Origin: Moniliella sp. 'wahieum' | Lineage: Eukaryota | Assembly: GCA_003971905.1 (NCBI GenBank) | Contig: RSEE01000062.1 | Coordinates: 1 to 64,000, forward strand | DNA: 64,000 nucleotides | Direction: 5' to 3' | Shown: piece after piece, positions 12,324-28,233 of the stretch | Layout of the letters: each line of letters begins with the position of its first letter | Numbering within the stretch: the stretch's first letter is position 1 | The notes under the pieces: generated by a model | The model's input: the letters and a program-made list of their open reading frames with translations, nothing else | What the model was told of the DNA's origin: nothing | The model's database searches: none | Made by a program: the position numbers and the translations under genes

Positions 12324-14800
12324 CTATGCTCTTGGCACGTCTGATAACTTAAGATAGGGCAGCTCATCTCCTTCGTCCGGTTCGTTCGCCCCAGCGGCCG
12401 CATATTCAAGCCGTGATCCGTACCTCCTGATCGTGCCGGGTCGAAGCGCAGTGACTCGCACTGGATCCCACGTCCGGTCCAAAACCGTCCTTTGCGATAA
12501 ATGTTTCCAGTCCACCACCACCCAATGCCAAATTTCTTGTGTGTGCCTCTTCTTTTCCCGTTTCTTTCCCCATTTCTTTTGCTTAGGTACCCAGAAGGGC
12601 CCCCCCTTTAGCCCTACGGTTATCCACAAGCGTCCGTCCACGGGGGGTACTAACGCAATACGAACTTCCGTATTGGGTGTACCAGAGCCGGCAGGACCCT
12701 CCAAATTGGGTCCAAGCATCAAAATCCCCGTCAACGACGCACGCCCACGGTGCACTTGTCCCGTAAATGCATGCTTGTAGTTTTGCAAGATCCATATCAC
12801 TGGGAATTCGAATTCCTCGTCTTGTTTGGACTCGATCCTATCGTCATCCCGCCCCGGTTTAAACACGATTGTTTCGCTATCCGGGCAAAATAGGGGCCAC
12901 CATGGGCCTCGCCAGGTCGAGACGAGACTCAACTATCACATGCCAAAAGGATCAGAAAACATCAGGTCTTAACCGGTTCATGGACTCAGTACTCACAGGG
13001 CATCGTTTCAACCTAGGCGTCTCGTTTAGGTCAAGTGGGCCGAATTCGTAAGACGCAATCTCATCCAAATGGTACTTGGCTGGCTCTTGGATCATATCAG
13101 GCAAATAACACACAGTCTGCAATTTCTTTGGGGTACTGCTGCTAATGTCGAGCACTGCCAAATTGGGATCTCTTGAAAAGAGTGAATCTGCAAAGAGGAA
13201 CTGGTCGGTCATAATCATTTGTCTGAAACGCAAATCGTCAAGATGCCTGCATAACTCGTTCAAACGAGGGTTAGCTCTGTTGTATATACCGGCACGAACG
13301 CTCAATCGTCCAGGCACACACGTACGATCGTTCCGGACGGTGGGTCAGGTGAAGGAGATGGAGCAGTGGAAAAGACACCACGAGATCATTGGGCCGATCA
13401 ACATGATATTTATGCAGTCTCAGATCATTGGGATCCGGGACGCTGAAGCACCGAAAAGTTCAGCAGGGGAATCCGCCAAAAGGAGTGGAAAACATACAAA
13501 ATAAAGACCCAGGGCAAAACAAGCTGGGCTTTAACACGGGGCGAAAATGATTCCCACATGGCTTCGAGGTTGTATCCAAATGTGGGCGGGTCTGGCAAAT
13601 AAGACCGAACTTGTGGAGTGTGACTGGGGTGGGGCTACCCGCAGGAGGGTTAATACCTGATTAATCAGATGTGTCAGTCTTGCCAAGTGACATGCCGCCA
13701 TGGAAAGCAAAGATCGGCTCCATACCATTATACCATGTCGTCAACAGCCAATCGTCTTGCGTTTGTACCGTTGAGACTCCCCATTTAGGATTGTTATCAG
13801 GCTTGTAAGACCACACGCACGCCAACGTCTTCATGTCGAGCAGGTGAATGCCAGTTTCACTACGCATCACCGGCCCACGGCGACCACCGACACTCAAGCC
13901 GCCCTGTACGGCCGAAATAGTAGGTGTTGTGTGGCAATCCGTACTGTTGCTTGCCTCTCCCGAATAGCGTCCATCCATACTGCCGCTCCTGGAGATCTAG
14001 CGTCAGCAGCAACGACCGCCACGTTTCCGCCTCTGGAAACACGCCGCACAAGGAACTGGCCTCCGACAGAGACGTCTTGGCAGTCACCTCCACCCTTGGC
14101 TTCAATCTGGATAGGGTGCGCTGCGCATAGCGCCTCCAGGGGTAGTCATTGGCCAGCGTCCCGTACAAGCCTGATGATGGTCAAGGCACCAAGATGTATC
14201 AGCAACTAAGCCAAAGACGTGCAGATATCGGATGGAGGGAAACAACTCACTTTGGTTGCAACAGCTCAGCCGAACGATTCGCCTGGGTTGAGCACGCCAC
14301 AAGACGCAATCTCCCAGACAATTTCGACCGAGGAGAGAAAGAAAGGCAGGGCCACCCAGCCGAATCGATTGTTTTGACTGACGTTGTCATGGCCGCCGTG
14401 TCCGTTCTGCCAACCATATGGTTTAGAACTTGCCGGGCGAGATGGAATAGAGGCCGCCCGTTCTTGGACCGGCAGCCTGATTGCTCGTCTTGTGCGTGCT
14501 AGCAGATGACCGAGCGGGGACGGTCGTGTGGACAGGCGCTCGCCGCGAGGTGTATGAGCTGCAGAATCGCCTCGGTGTTCAAGCATAGTGTCGAGAAAGC
14601 CACTAGCACGGCGGAAAGTGGACAATGGGGCAGATGGTGATGGAGAAAAAGATCGAGGCGGGGGGGAAGGGCCAGATAAGGTGCATCGGCGTCCAGCTCA
14701 GCCTGAGCACCGACCTCGTAAGTACATCTCGGGTATTCCCGAACAGCAGCGCTCGGCTTGCTCCGGCCGGATGCGGCACGGACGCGGCATCTCTCCGGCA
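12324..14800 (-). CDS. Hypothetical protein, fragmented ORFs
   Basis: Chain of protein-like minus-strand ORFs (12324-12932, 12952-13317, 13661-14168, 14266-14801); no family recognised. Confidence 0.35.
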
Positions 14801-15047
14801 TTCACAGATCTCTGATGCCGCTACGCCACGCTACCGACGGCTGAAAGAATTGAACGTCTTGGCATTTTTGCGGCTGTGCGTTGGGTGACTTTATAGTGAA
14901 GCTTGAAGCATGATGCATGAAGTGCATGAAGCGTGAAGCGTGAAGCTTGAAGCTTGAAGCTTCAGTCATCTAGTCATCAATCTAGTCATCGATCATCCAC
15001 CCTTCGTTCCTATCCCCCAGGAGCATGATCTGATCAGGTATCCATAC

Positions 15048-15134
15048 TCCTCGATGGTCCAACGGCTATGATGTGACGCTCTCAACGCCTGCGTGGTGAA
15101 CCGTCAAGACCGGGTTCGACTCCCGGTCGGGGAA
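15048..15134 (+). tRNA. tRNA-Glu(CTC) with 16-nt intron (15085-15100)
   Basis: Acceptor stem TCCTCGA/TCGGGGA, anticodon stem TGACG/CGTCA, CTC at 15081-15083, T-arm CCGGG-TTCGACT-CCCGG, T-run terminator at ~15137. Confidence 0.93.
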
Positions 15135-15464
15135 CATTTTTGCCTAACGCCGAAGGATGCTGGTGAAGGACACACGGAGACCAGCGTCAGAGGACGTGAG
15201 GGAGTGGGTTCTAGAGGCGGTCACTGGGCGGTGGAGAAGCAGCCTGCAACAGCGTCTGCCTCTAGGAGCATCAAACGGAAGACGGATTGGCCGGCGTGGT
15301 TGGCCTCGGCATCACGTGATGGCATGGCGGAATGGGGCGGTTTGGCTCGAAATTTGGCTTGGCCTGGCTTGGCTTGACTTGGGGCGGAAAACCATCCACT
15401 GCGGCTCCTTGAGCAGACAAGTGACGCAAACCCCCACCACACTTCTACCTTCGTCGCGCACATC

Positions 15465-16677
15465 ATGGGGGTGGCCGAGAAGATCAAGGAGATTGAAGAT
15501 GAGATCGCACGGACACAGAAGAACAAGGCGACCGAGTACCATCTCGGTCTGCTGCGCGGCAAGCTGGCGCGCTTGCGCATGGAGCTCCTTGAGCCGGCCT
15601 CCAAGTCCTCCCGCCCTGGCGAGGGGTTCGACGTGATGAAGTCGGGCGACCGCACGGGTTGCGCTGATTGGGTTTCCCTCGGTGGGCAAGTCGACGCTGC
15701 TGAGCAAACTGACCGATACGGCCTCCGAGGCGGCCCGTACGAATATACCACCCTCACCGCCATCCCCGGTGTGCTGGAGTATGATGGTGCCCGAATCCAG
15801 CTGCTTGACTTGCCAGGGATTATTGAGGGTGCCGCGCGCAGGGCCGTGGCGTGGTAAGCAAGTAGTGTCGGTTGCCAAAACGGCGGATCTGATTTTGATC
15901 ATGCTTGATGCGACCAAGTCGGCGCTGCAGCGGCCTCAGCTGGAGAAGGAGTTGGAGGATGTCGGTATCCGCCTCAACAAGACCCGTCCGGATGGTACGT
16001 ATCTCACTGACCCGATGAAGGGCGTTACTGATGCTTATGGATACAGTAACCATCAAGCGCAAGATGACGGGTGGGATTGTGGTGACAAAAGGCACAGGTG
16101 TCACCTTGACCAAGATTGATGAAAAGATGATCCAAACGATTCTGAAGGGGTACAAGATGCACAATGTGGATGTGCTGGTTCGAGAGGACATCTCAGTTGA
16201 CGAGTTTATCGATGTGGTACTGGGAAACCGAAAGTACACGCCGTCTGTATGTGTACAACAAGATTGACTCCATCTCGATGGAGGAGGTGGACCGATTGGC
16301 GCACCAGCCCAACTCGATCGTCATCTCGGCGGAGATGGACTTGAACTTGGACGGGCTGGTGGCCACGATTTGGGAGCACCTTGGACTTGTGCGCATCTAC
16401 ACCAAGAAACGGGGGCAGCACCCTGATTTGGCGGACCCGTTGGTGTGCGCAAGGATGCTACGTTGAGCACGTGTGCCATGCCGTGCACAGGGCGATTGTG
16501 GACAAGTTTAAGTATGCCCTGGTCTATGGCAAGTCATCCAAGTTCCCACAAGAACAAAAGGTCGGATTGACCCACCGCGTTGCAGTACGTTACTTCCTCC
16601 TCCTTTAAGTTATATCGGGGTCTTACTGATCCATGATTTGCCAGCCGGACGACGTGATTACCATCTTCACCAAGTAG
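15465..16677 (+). CDS. RBG2: Developmentally regulated GTP-binding protein (DRG2/Rbg2)
   Basis: [67 protein letters not shown] and a TGS-like end. Introns at ~15995-16046 and ~16585-16644; several frameshifts. Confidence 0.92.
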
Positions 16678-17273
16678 GCTCGCGCACAGTGGATGGAGGT
16701 CCGGCCAGGGCTTTTTGGGGTATTGCATATGACACGTGTTTGGACCATGTTGGTGCAGTTGGCCGAAGGGGGTAGTGGCCAGACAACTGCCAGGAGAGTG
16801 ACGGCCCTGGTGGTTAGGGTGGGAGTGGGGGCATGAGCAAAGATTATGAGACCAGGGCACGATGGGAATGGACGCGTGTCTACCAAGCCCCAACAGCTTG
16901 AAAACCTGCATTTATGAAGCGAGTTAGAGACCGCGGGCCAGATTGTCATTGCCATTGCAATCGTTACGCTTTGCAGCACCGCCGTCTTTTTTACCGTTCT
17001 GTACAATGTTTCCCACCAACCGGTTTGGGGAACACTCCCTCGTGTCTATGGTCATCTTTCCGCCACTCCCACCATCCTCCAACCAGCATCAGCCAGCAAC
17101 GCTGGGCACGTAGCACTGTCAATAGAAACTCGCTTTGCAGTACCCCTGTTACTCACTTTTCCTCCGCCTCACCACCTTGCAACTCTCCCGCGTCGTTTCG
17201 TCGATTACCATCCATTCTTTCGCTCCTGGGATGGGGAGGCGCGATTCGTGCCGGAGCCGGGAAGCAACGACGG

Positions 17274-18975
17274 TCAAGACCAACCAATGGTACTGAGCAA
17301 CCAGTAGACCAAGTCGTTCCCGCCCTGGCCACCCGTTTGGACGAACCAGAAGCCCAACACGGCCACCGCCACACATTCGAACAGGCCGCCCACCAAGCTG
17401 CCGTATCCGGCGGAAAGGAGCAGCGACCAGAGATAGCCGACGAAACGGTCCAGGGCCAGGCCGATGGTTTGCTTGATGCGCCACTGCGGGTCCAAGGCGT
17501 ACGGAGCGGGGAACGTAATCCGCGCCCGTTGGCCGCCGGGATGGGAGGCAAGGTGAGGATAGTGGTGACGGGTTGTGATCGGAATACTGGCAGGGGGGGG
17601 GGGGGGGGGGTTAGCGGTTAGCTCAAATCAGTCGAAAAAGGCAAATGGCAGTAGACGTACAGTGTAGCTCATGATACTCCTGTGGAGCTCCACCTTGCTC
17701 ACACCCGGTCCCTCAAGGGGCGCTGTCTGGTCTCCATCGGCCCAGGACCGCCAGAGGATCCGGTCGCACCAGCCAGGGATGCGCTTGGAGGAAGTTGGCG
17801 GGTCTGTTCCAGGGTTGGGACAAAGGGCTTGGATCCAGGTGGCATGGCGGGGGCCTCAAAAATCTTGTACTTGTACGTGGGACCAAACTGGAATTGGTCC
17901 AGGGGAGTTCGGTGAGGCCTTGCAGAACGCGCCCATAAACGCTCGATCGACAGTTGGTCGTAGTTTGCCAAGAGGGGCCAGTTGCTCTTGTGCACTTCCT
18001 CCACCACTTGGGTGGGAACGAGCTTGGCCGTGGTGGGCAACTTGGATCCGGGCTTGGGCGGGGTGTCGACGGCGATGCGGTAGTTGAGGTCCCCAAAGAA
18101 AATACGCTGGAGCTGTCGTACATAGAGTACGTGTTGGCGTCCAACGCTTGTGCCGGGCGCTGCTTGGGCCCACTGGTCTGCTGAGCATACTGCGCCTTGA
18201 GCTCGTCAAAGCTGGCAGGTTTGGTCGCCATGCCCGTCGGGGCAGAGGACGCCAGGGGAATCGGCAGCACCTTGTCGGGAGGGAAGGCCAAGCGGGAAAC
18301 AATGTTGGCAAAGTCCTGACCCCGTCTGGCGACATTGTGATCGTGTGCGGCCAGATGGGCACATACAAAGGTCAGAACCTGCTCCTCCCCGGGCTTGTCT
18401 GCCGTCGCACCGGGCGGGCCAAGAACAAGACGAATGCCGACGCGCCCTTGTTGCCGAGGAGGTTGAAGATGCCAGTGCCGACCTGGTTGGCGCGGACCTC
18501 CTTGACGCGGTCGGGGATGCCACTGCGGTCGCGGCCATAGACAAAGAGGGAAATGCCAGCCATGTTGATGGGGCGAGGAGGGTGTAGTTCTCTGGGCCGC
18601 CCTTGTCGGGATACAGGCCGCCGGGGCTGACGACGGCAGCGTGGGGACGGATGGCGCGGCGATCTCGAGGTCGGTATGGTCGAGGATGCTCTCGGCGCCG
18701 CGGACAAGGGGCACATAGGGCGTGCCGGGGCCGCTGCCGGAGAGGCCAATGTGGAGGGGGAGGTGCTCCTGGAAGCCGACGGCGTAGATGTCGGGAGCCT
18801 CGCGGGTAGCGCCCTGGGGGGCGGGGACGGGCATGGGCGGTGGCGTAGCGCGTGTCGCCCTCGGCGCAGGAGGGCACGAGCCATTGGCGGAGGTCGGGTG
18901 TGGCGCGGTGCGGGTCGCCGCGGAGGTGTAGTTGAAGGTGCCGATCTGCACGCGCAGCGGCGGGTGCGACGCCAT
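17274..18975 (-). CDS. Inositol polyphosphate 5-phosphatase with hydrophobic C-tail (Inp54-like)
   Basis: QIGTFN, PDIYAVGFQE, LLGNKG, TFVCAHLAAH, GDLNYR, FGPTYKY, PSW.DRILW; intron ~17592-17661 then YSDH; tail LALDRFVGYLWSLLLSAGYGSLVGGLFECVAVAVLGFWFV. Confidence 0.88.
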
Positions 18976-19272
18976 GGCTGCGGTGGGGGGGCTGCGGGCG
19001 GCGGTGGGCGGGGCAGGCAGCGGCAGCGCCAGCCCGCAGCAGCCCCGCATCCGGAGTGCGTCCAGTCGTCCCCACGCCGCTTCGATCGGCGCGCAAGCCA
19101 GCGCAGGGCAGCCGCATGACGCATGATGCATGACGTCAGACGCAGCGGAAGCCAGCGCGCAGGCGCAGCGGAACACGGGTTGCAGCGACGCCATCAGCAG
19201 TCCAGTCCATATTTCCAGACCACCCGCCGCCAACCGCTGCCTGCCTCGCCGCCGCCATGCGAGTATAGCCGA

Positions 19273-21186
19273 CATGGAGCAGTGGCTCGACGCCACTGGC
19301 CCGACAGTCTGGTACGTTCCCCGCCCCCCTCCCACACCTACCGCCTGCTGACCCCCCACCACCACCAGCGCGACCTCCCGCAGCACGTCGCCGACACGGC
19401 CCAGTTACTACACACCCTCGCCGACGAGCTCGCCCGCTACGCCCCGCCCGCCCTGCCCGACAGCGTCCAGGCGCAGCTCCACACTCTCCAGGGCAAGCTT
19501 CTCCCTCCACCCTCCCCCGCCCCGCCCGCCCCCGCCCCCGACACTGCTCTCTGCCCCGTCGGCTGGGCCAAGGACCACCCTTTGACCTCGTTGCCGGCGC
19601 AGCCGCAACTCGGTCGGTCTCGGCCTCGCCTGCCATATGTTGCCCCCGACGCACCCGGGCCGTGGCGAACCGTCTGTGCGGCCGTGCTGTGCGCCCTGTC
19701 CGTCGCCCTGCCCGCGTGCGCAATGGCATTCGCCGCGAGGCCGTCATCGTCCTGGGTGCCGACACCCCCTGGGGCGTGCGCTCGTCACCAGTTTAACCTC
19801 CGAGGGCCTGATCGTCATTGCGGCCGTCAGCAATCCCGCCAGTTTCCGCAGCCTGGACACGCAGCTGTTGCCTTCCAGTGGGTATGTGGCGGTGCGGCAC
19901 TTTGATTGGCGTCGCTGCCCGGTCGGTGATGGGTTTGTGGGAAGATGTCAAGTCGGCCTTGGCGCTTCGGTTCCCGCTCCATGGCGGGCGACCCGTTTGC
20001 GCGCCCGGTGATGGGGTGATCCTGATTGGCATTGTGAATGCCTTGTCGTACATGTCCGCCTCATCTCCGACCGCCGAGGAGGGCAGCATGGCCAACTGGC
20101 CACTTCGGCCGCCAGTGCGGCGCATCGCTGCAGCATACGCTCAGTGCTCATGTGACCGCGCCCGTCGCGGCGATTTCGGCGCTGCTGCCCGAACTGCGCT
20201 TGGGACCTCAACGGATTTACACGCAAAACCAGAATACTTGACGCCGCTCACTGTTCTCACCCTGATTGATGGCGCGGCGGCGCACACTGCGTCGGCAATG
20301 TGGCCCGTTTGGTAGCCGAGGGCGCGACGAGTGCGGCCTCGACGTTGCGCCAGTCAGCTTCGGAACGTGCCTCGGCCCAAGCCAACGCTCAAGCCGTACG
20401 CCGTTGCGCTTCACTGTCCTCTCCTGCCGCCCGTGAACGCCAAGGCGACCTGGACGGACAAGGAGCGCGCTAAGCCACCGCGTGACGGATACCGTTGTGG
20501 ACCTGATTCTGCCTCGGATGCCGAGCGGCCCTTGCGGCCACGGATGCGGGTGAGCCTCGGGATCCCAGTGTGGGCGGGACGTTGGAGCCGCTGTGGCAAG
20601 CGTGGAGCCAGGCTCGCCTTGCGGTCGCGGCCAAGCTGCCGCAACCTGTGGTGGCGTGGATCGAGCATTGTACCAGCGCCTTTCGACTTTATCCCGGCAG
20701 ATCCAGACGCGCTTGCCTCTGTCGGGGCGCCGGCGCCGGCGCCGTCATGGGGGGGGCAAGAGGGACCACGGCGTACACCGTCCCACTCGGCGCTGGTCAA
20801 GCGGGACAAGTGGGGTGGAGCGAGTACAAGGGTACAAGTTAACTTTTCCCGGCAGGGCGCAGCGTCGAGGCCTGCACCGGTCCCCTCGGGCCCGTTCGGC
20901 CGACTGGATGTCCCTCGTCCCTAGAGACGGGCAGCAGTGCGACGGAGACGAGGTGCTGCGCTCTGCTCCGTCGTCGGCGTTTGACGAAGAGGAGGAGAAT
21001 GAGGGAGGAGAAGCGGCGGACGTGAGCGCGCGCGCTGGGACAGCGGGGTCCGGGCAGCCAGAGCAGCCAGAGCCAGCGGCGGGTTCGCCTCCCCCAACAG
21101 CATCACCGCAGAGAGGACAGAGTGGACCGAAGACGGGCGTGGCGGGCTTGGACCAGAGCTGGGTGGAGCTGGGCGAGGGGCAATGA
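19273..21186 (+). CDS. Hypothetical protein with hydrophobic segments and acidic low-complexity C-terminus
   Basis: Overlapping protein-like + ORFs from MEQWLDATGP to AGLDQSWVELGEGQ*; frameshifted; divergent from the phosphatase gene. Confidence 0.5.
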
Positions 21187-21609
21187 ATGATGCTACTGAA
21201 GGACAAAGCTAGTTGGGACACCCAAGGACAGCGGCATGGGCACTCGCCATTAGAAAGAAAACCAGGCCATCTCAGCCCCCACTCTAGGCTCAATATCACT
21301 ATTTGATTCGGTGGGGAGCGCAGGTTGCAGTTGCAGTGGGAAAGGGGGAACGCAAGCATGTTTTCTGCCTAATCTCGGGTTCTGTGTTCCGGCATCTAAC
21401 ATCGGGGCACCGCAGGGAGCGATCGCGTTTGTTGCTTCCGTCGCAGGCCATCCGTCGCACACACATCACATACACACACACATACACACACACACACAGC
21501 AAGCCATTTCGTCTCCTCGAGCCATAGCCTGTTACAGCGGATATGCATGTCGGCGCATAGTAGCTGACAACGTGCCCGCCGACGCACTCCTCCGTTCGAG
21601 ACAGCCTGC

Positions 21610-22827
21610 TCAAAGCTTCTCCACTACCAATGCAGTGGCCGCGCCGCCTCCGTTGCACACTGCCGCGACCCCTTTTGGCCCGACTTGAGGGCGTGGAGGA
21701 GCGTGACGAGGATTCGACTGCCCGAGCTGCCAATCGGTGGCCCAGACTCACCCCGCCGCCCAAGACGTTGACCTTGGCGGGGTCCAGGCCAAGGAGCTGG
21801 ATGTTAGCCAGCGGTACAACGGCAAACGCTCGTTGATCTCGAACAAGGCAATATCCTCCTTGGTAAGCCCGGCGCGGGCCAGCGCCTTGTTAATTGCCCC
21901 AGCGGGGGCAATGCCAAAGTCCATCGGGGCCAGAGCGTGGTCGGCAAAGGAGAGGATGCGAGCTAGAGGCTTGTACGATTTTTGGTCCACCGCGCTCTCA
22001 CTAGCCAACAACAGTGCGCTCGCTCCATCGGCCAAGCTCGAGGCGTTGGCGGCGGTCACCGTGCCATCTTTTGGAAGACAGGTTTCAGGGCACGGATCTT
22101 GGCCTCGTTGGCATTCTCAAACCCTTCGTCCCGACGGACGATCTGGTCGCCCTTGCGCTTGTCGGTAATCGTCACGGGTGCAAGCTCGGCATCAAACGCT
22201 CCGTTAGCCCAGGCTTCAGCGGCACGGCGATACGACTGCAGTGCGTAATCGTCCTGTGCCTCCCGTCCAATCTTCAGGTCGGCCGCTGTCTTTTCAGCAC
22301 AGACGCCCATCATGACCTTATTGTACACGTCAAACAATCCGTCCTGCACCAACGAGTCGGTGAGATGGCCATGGCCAAAGCCCGAGGCGGCCGCCGCTTG
22401 ACGTAAAACGGGGCATTGGACATGGACTCCATGCCACCTGCAATGCCAGGGCACGCTGGCCCAAGGCCAGTAGCGACGCCATCAACGCCACGCTTTTCAG
22501 CCCCGACGCACACACCTTGTTGATCGTCGTCGCTTCGGTCGAGGCGGGCAAGCCAGCAGCCAACACTGCTTGGCGGGCCGGAGCTTGGCCGAGCGAGCCT
22601 GCACCACATTGCCAATCAAGGCCTCTTCCACATCTTGCGGCGCCACGCCAGCGCGTTCGACGGCGGCCTGGATCGCTGTGGCGGCGAGCTGGGCGCGGTG
22701 GCTTTGGCCAGCGCGCCGTTGAAGGAGGTAGTGGGGTGCGGGCGCCACTGAGGATGAACACGCCCTCGACCGCGGCGGAGCGGGCGGGCGAGGCGGCGAG
22801 GCGGCGCGTGCACGAGGGGACGACCAT
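21610..22827 (-). CDS. Acetyl-CoA acetyltransferase (thiolase)
   Basis: [90 protein letters not shown]. The N-terminus resembles a mitochondrial presequence. Confidence 0.95.
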
Positions 22828-23492
22828 GGGGGAGGCAGGCAGGGGCAGGTGGACGGGGGATGGCTAGGCGGTCAAGAGGCGCAGAAAGAGGCAGAGCCAC
22901 GCCAGGCCAGCTACAGTCGCCCGAGCAGGCATGCGCCCAAGCGTACTATAAGTACTTAGTGGCTACTAATACTTGGCGAGCACTGGTGGCGGGCGACGGA
23001 TACCGGAGGAGGGCGGAGAAGCGGATAATCAAGGACTGATGGGCACCGGCCCGACGCACTGCCGGGCCGAAGCGGCGCGCCCTGGAGCCCCGCCTCCCTC
23101 TCGCTTCAACGATGCGGCGACCGCCAGGCAAGCGAGCCCCAGGCCTGCGGCCAGTGCCATCCGCAAGTTGATTATGCTTCGTGGCGCTTGTGGGCTGCGG
23201 GCCGGTAGCCGGCAACCCCCAACCGGCGTCCTGCCCCCACCCACCGATGGGTAGCCGGTGGTACCCGGCCCTAAAAAGCGCTGCGCGTGGTGTGTATAGT
23301 ACGCTCTTGTCTCTGTTCCCCCATTCGATGCCTTGCTATGTGGGGGCGGCATCTGTCCCTCTGTCTCTGCCAGTACTACTCGGACCTCCCTCCTGTGCCT
23401 TCGTGCCGCCGCCGAAACAAAAGAGGCGTCGCATCCATGATGACCATTAACGCATTGACGCTCAACGTCTAGCACCATCGATGAGTCTAGTC

Positions 23493-26695
<3,203 letters not shown>

Positions 26696-26906
26696 CGTGC
26701 GGTGCAGCAACGCGGCAAAGCAGAGCCAAGCAGCAATCTAATGGCACTGGAAGTGGTACTGGTGGCGGCCGTGGCCAGGCGGGGGCTAAGGGTTATGTAA
26801 TTCCGCCCCAACGCCTCATTTTCTCCTCGCCGGCGGCGCAGAGGCACGGCAGGTGCTCTACAGGCTCTACCGCCCGCGGCTAGTCTGCCTGCCCAACCAC
26901 ACCGCC

Positions 26907-27213
26907 ATGACCCGCGGCAACCAGCGTGAGCAGGACCGGGCCAAGGCGCAGAAGAAAGCCGCGGCGGGCAACAAGGGCAAGGCCAAGCAGTCCGCCACCT
27001 CGCTTGCCCAGCGCCGCGAGCAGGACGCGGAGATTATCCGTCAAAAGATGGCTGTAAGTCCGTCCGTCGCGCGCCCGGGTGCCCTGCTGCGACCCTGTTT
27101 GGCATCCTGACATCCTGGCATTCTCTCGACTGACACAGTACCTTCTTCTTCCAGGCTAAGGCTGCCCGGCCGCCGAAGGTGGGGAGGAGCCCAAGGCCAG
27201 AAAGGGAAAGTGA
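26907..27213 (+). CDS. SERF/4F5 family small protein
   Basis: MTRGNQREQDRAKAQKK...RREQDAEIIRQKM; intron gtaagt ~27054 to cag ~27153. Confidence 0.9.
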
Positions 27214-27403
27214 ACTGGCATTTTCTGGGATTCTGGGCTCGATCCCGTTCTGGTTTCCATGCCGGGTTACGCTCTTCTCTCCCTCTGTTCCGTTATGCTC
27301 TGACCTTGTCGCCTCTCCTCGTATCGGCCCTCGTGCCTGGACGCTGGAACTGTCCATAACTGTCCATCGCAGTCCCTTTTGTATAGGATCGTGTTTCCCC
27401 TGG

Positions 27404-28223
27404 TCACATAGGCCTACATTCTGCAAAACCACCTTGCGCTCGCATTCTACGCTTGCTCTGTACGTTGTGGCATGGTAAACGTGTATTGTATGGTAAGGCG
27501 GTATACATGTCAGGTCTGACCGTTGACTTGAACTGCTCGGTTGAGATGTGCTTGGTCAGTTTGGTTTGGACTTCTTGGGCCAATTGCAGTGCATCGTCCG
27601 TGAAGCGCAAACAAACCGGTCCAGGTTGGGCGTCGCAGCTTGGCACCAGGCCTCGGCCAAAACGTTTTCGCATGCACTTCCTTCCACTGTCGAAAACGGT
27701 ACTGAGCGGATTAAACTCTGTCTTTGTTTGCGATGAAAAGTGGGTAGGAACCTGTTGCGTTGAAATGAGCGAGCTGTATATGCATGAGGCGACAGAGTAC
27801 ACCGCCAACACGCGTTTCCAGAAGCTCCAACCAAATTCTACCTCGTTCTCTGCGTAGAAGAGCAAGTTGGTGCTGCCGGACAGCGTGCGACGGCCGAGCC
27901 GGTCCAATCCATTCCCCCAGGTCTCGTCGCAGAAAGGGGGAATGGTACAACGAGCCAGGGCACGAGTCGAAGCGCCTAGCCGAGAAGGTGAGGACCAAAG
28001 CCAAGGCGGGCCAGATTGACAAGGGATGGATCATGCGCGAAAAGGAGCTGATCGCAAACAAACGCAGCAAGGGCGCACGTTTGCCTGTCCGTGCTTGCTG
28101 TGTCTTTAGTACATTGACCTGGTTGTACAGGTTCCCAAACATTCCAAGCACAGTGGTCGCCAGTGCAAGCACGCGTTTTAAGTTTTAAGCACGTCCCGAT
28201 ACCCCTTTGCTCGCCTTGGCCAT
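27404..28223 (-). CDS. Hypothetical membrane protein
   Basis: Two overlapping ORFs with hydrophobic stretches (IHPLSIWPALALVLTF; VLAVYSVASCIYSSLI). Confidence 0.4.
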
Positions 28224-28233
28224 GCATCAGTAT

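Noticed and set aside
26780..26800. Telobox-like promoter motifs (taagggtta here; tagggtt at ~29609)
   Set aside because: They are short and imperfect, and could occur by chance.
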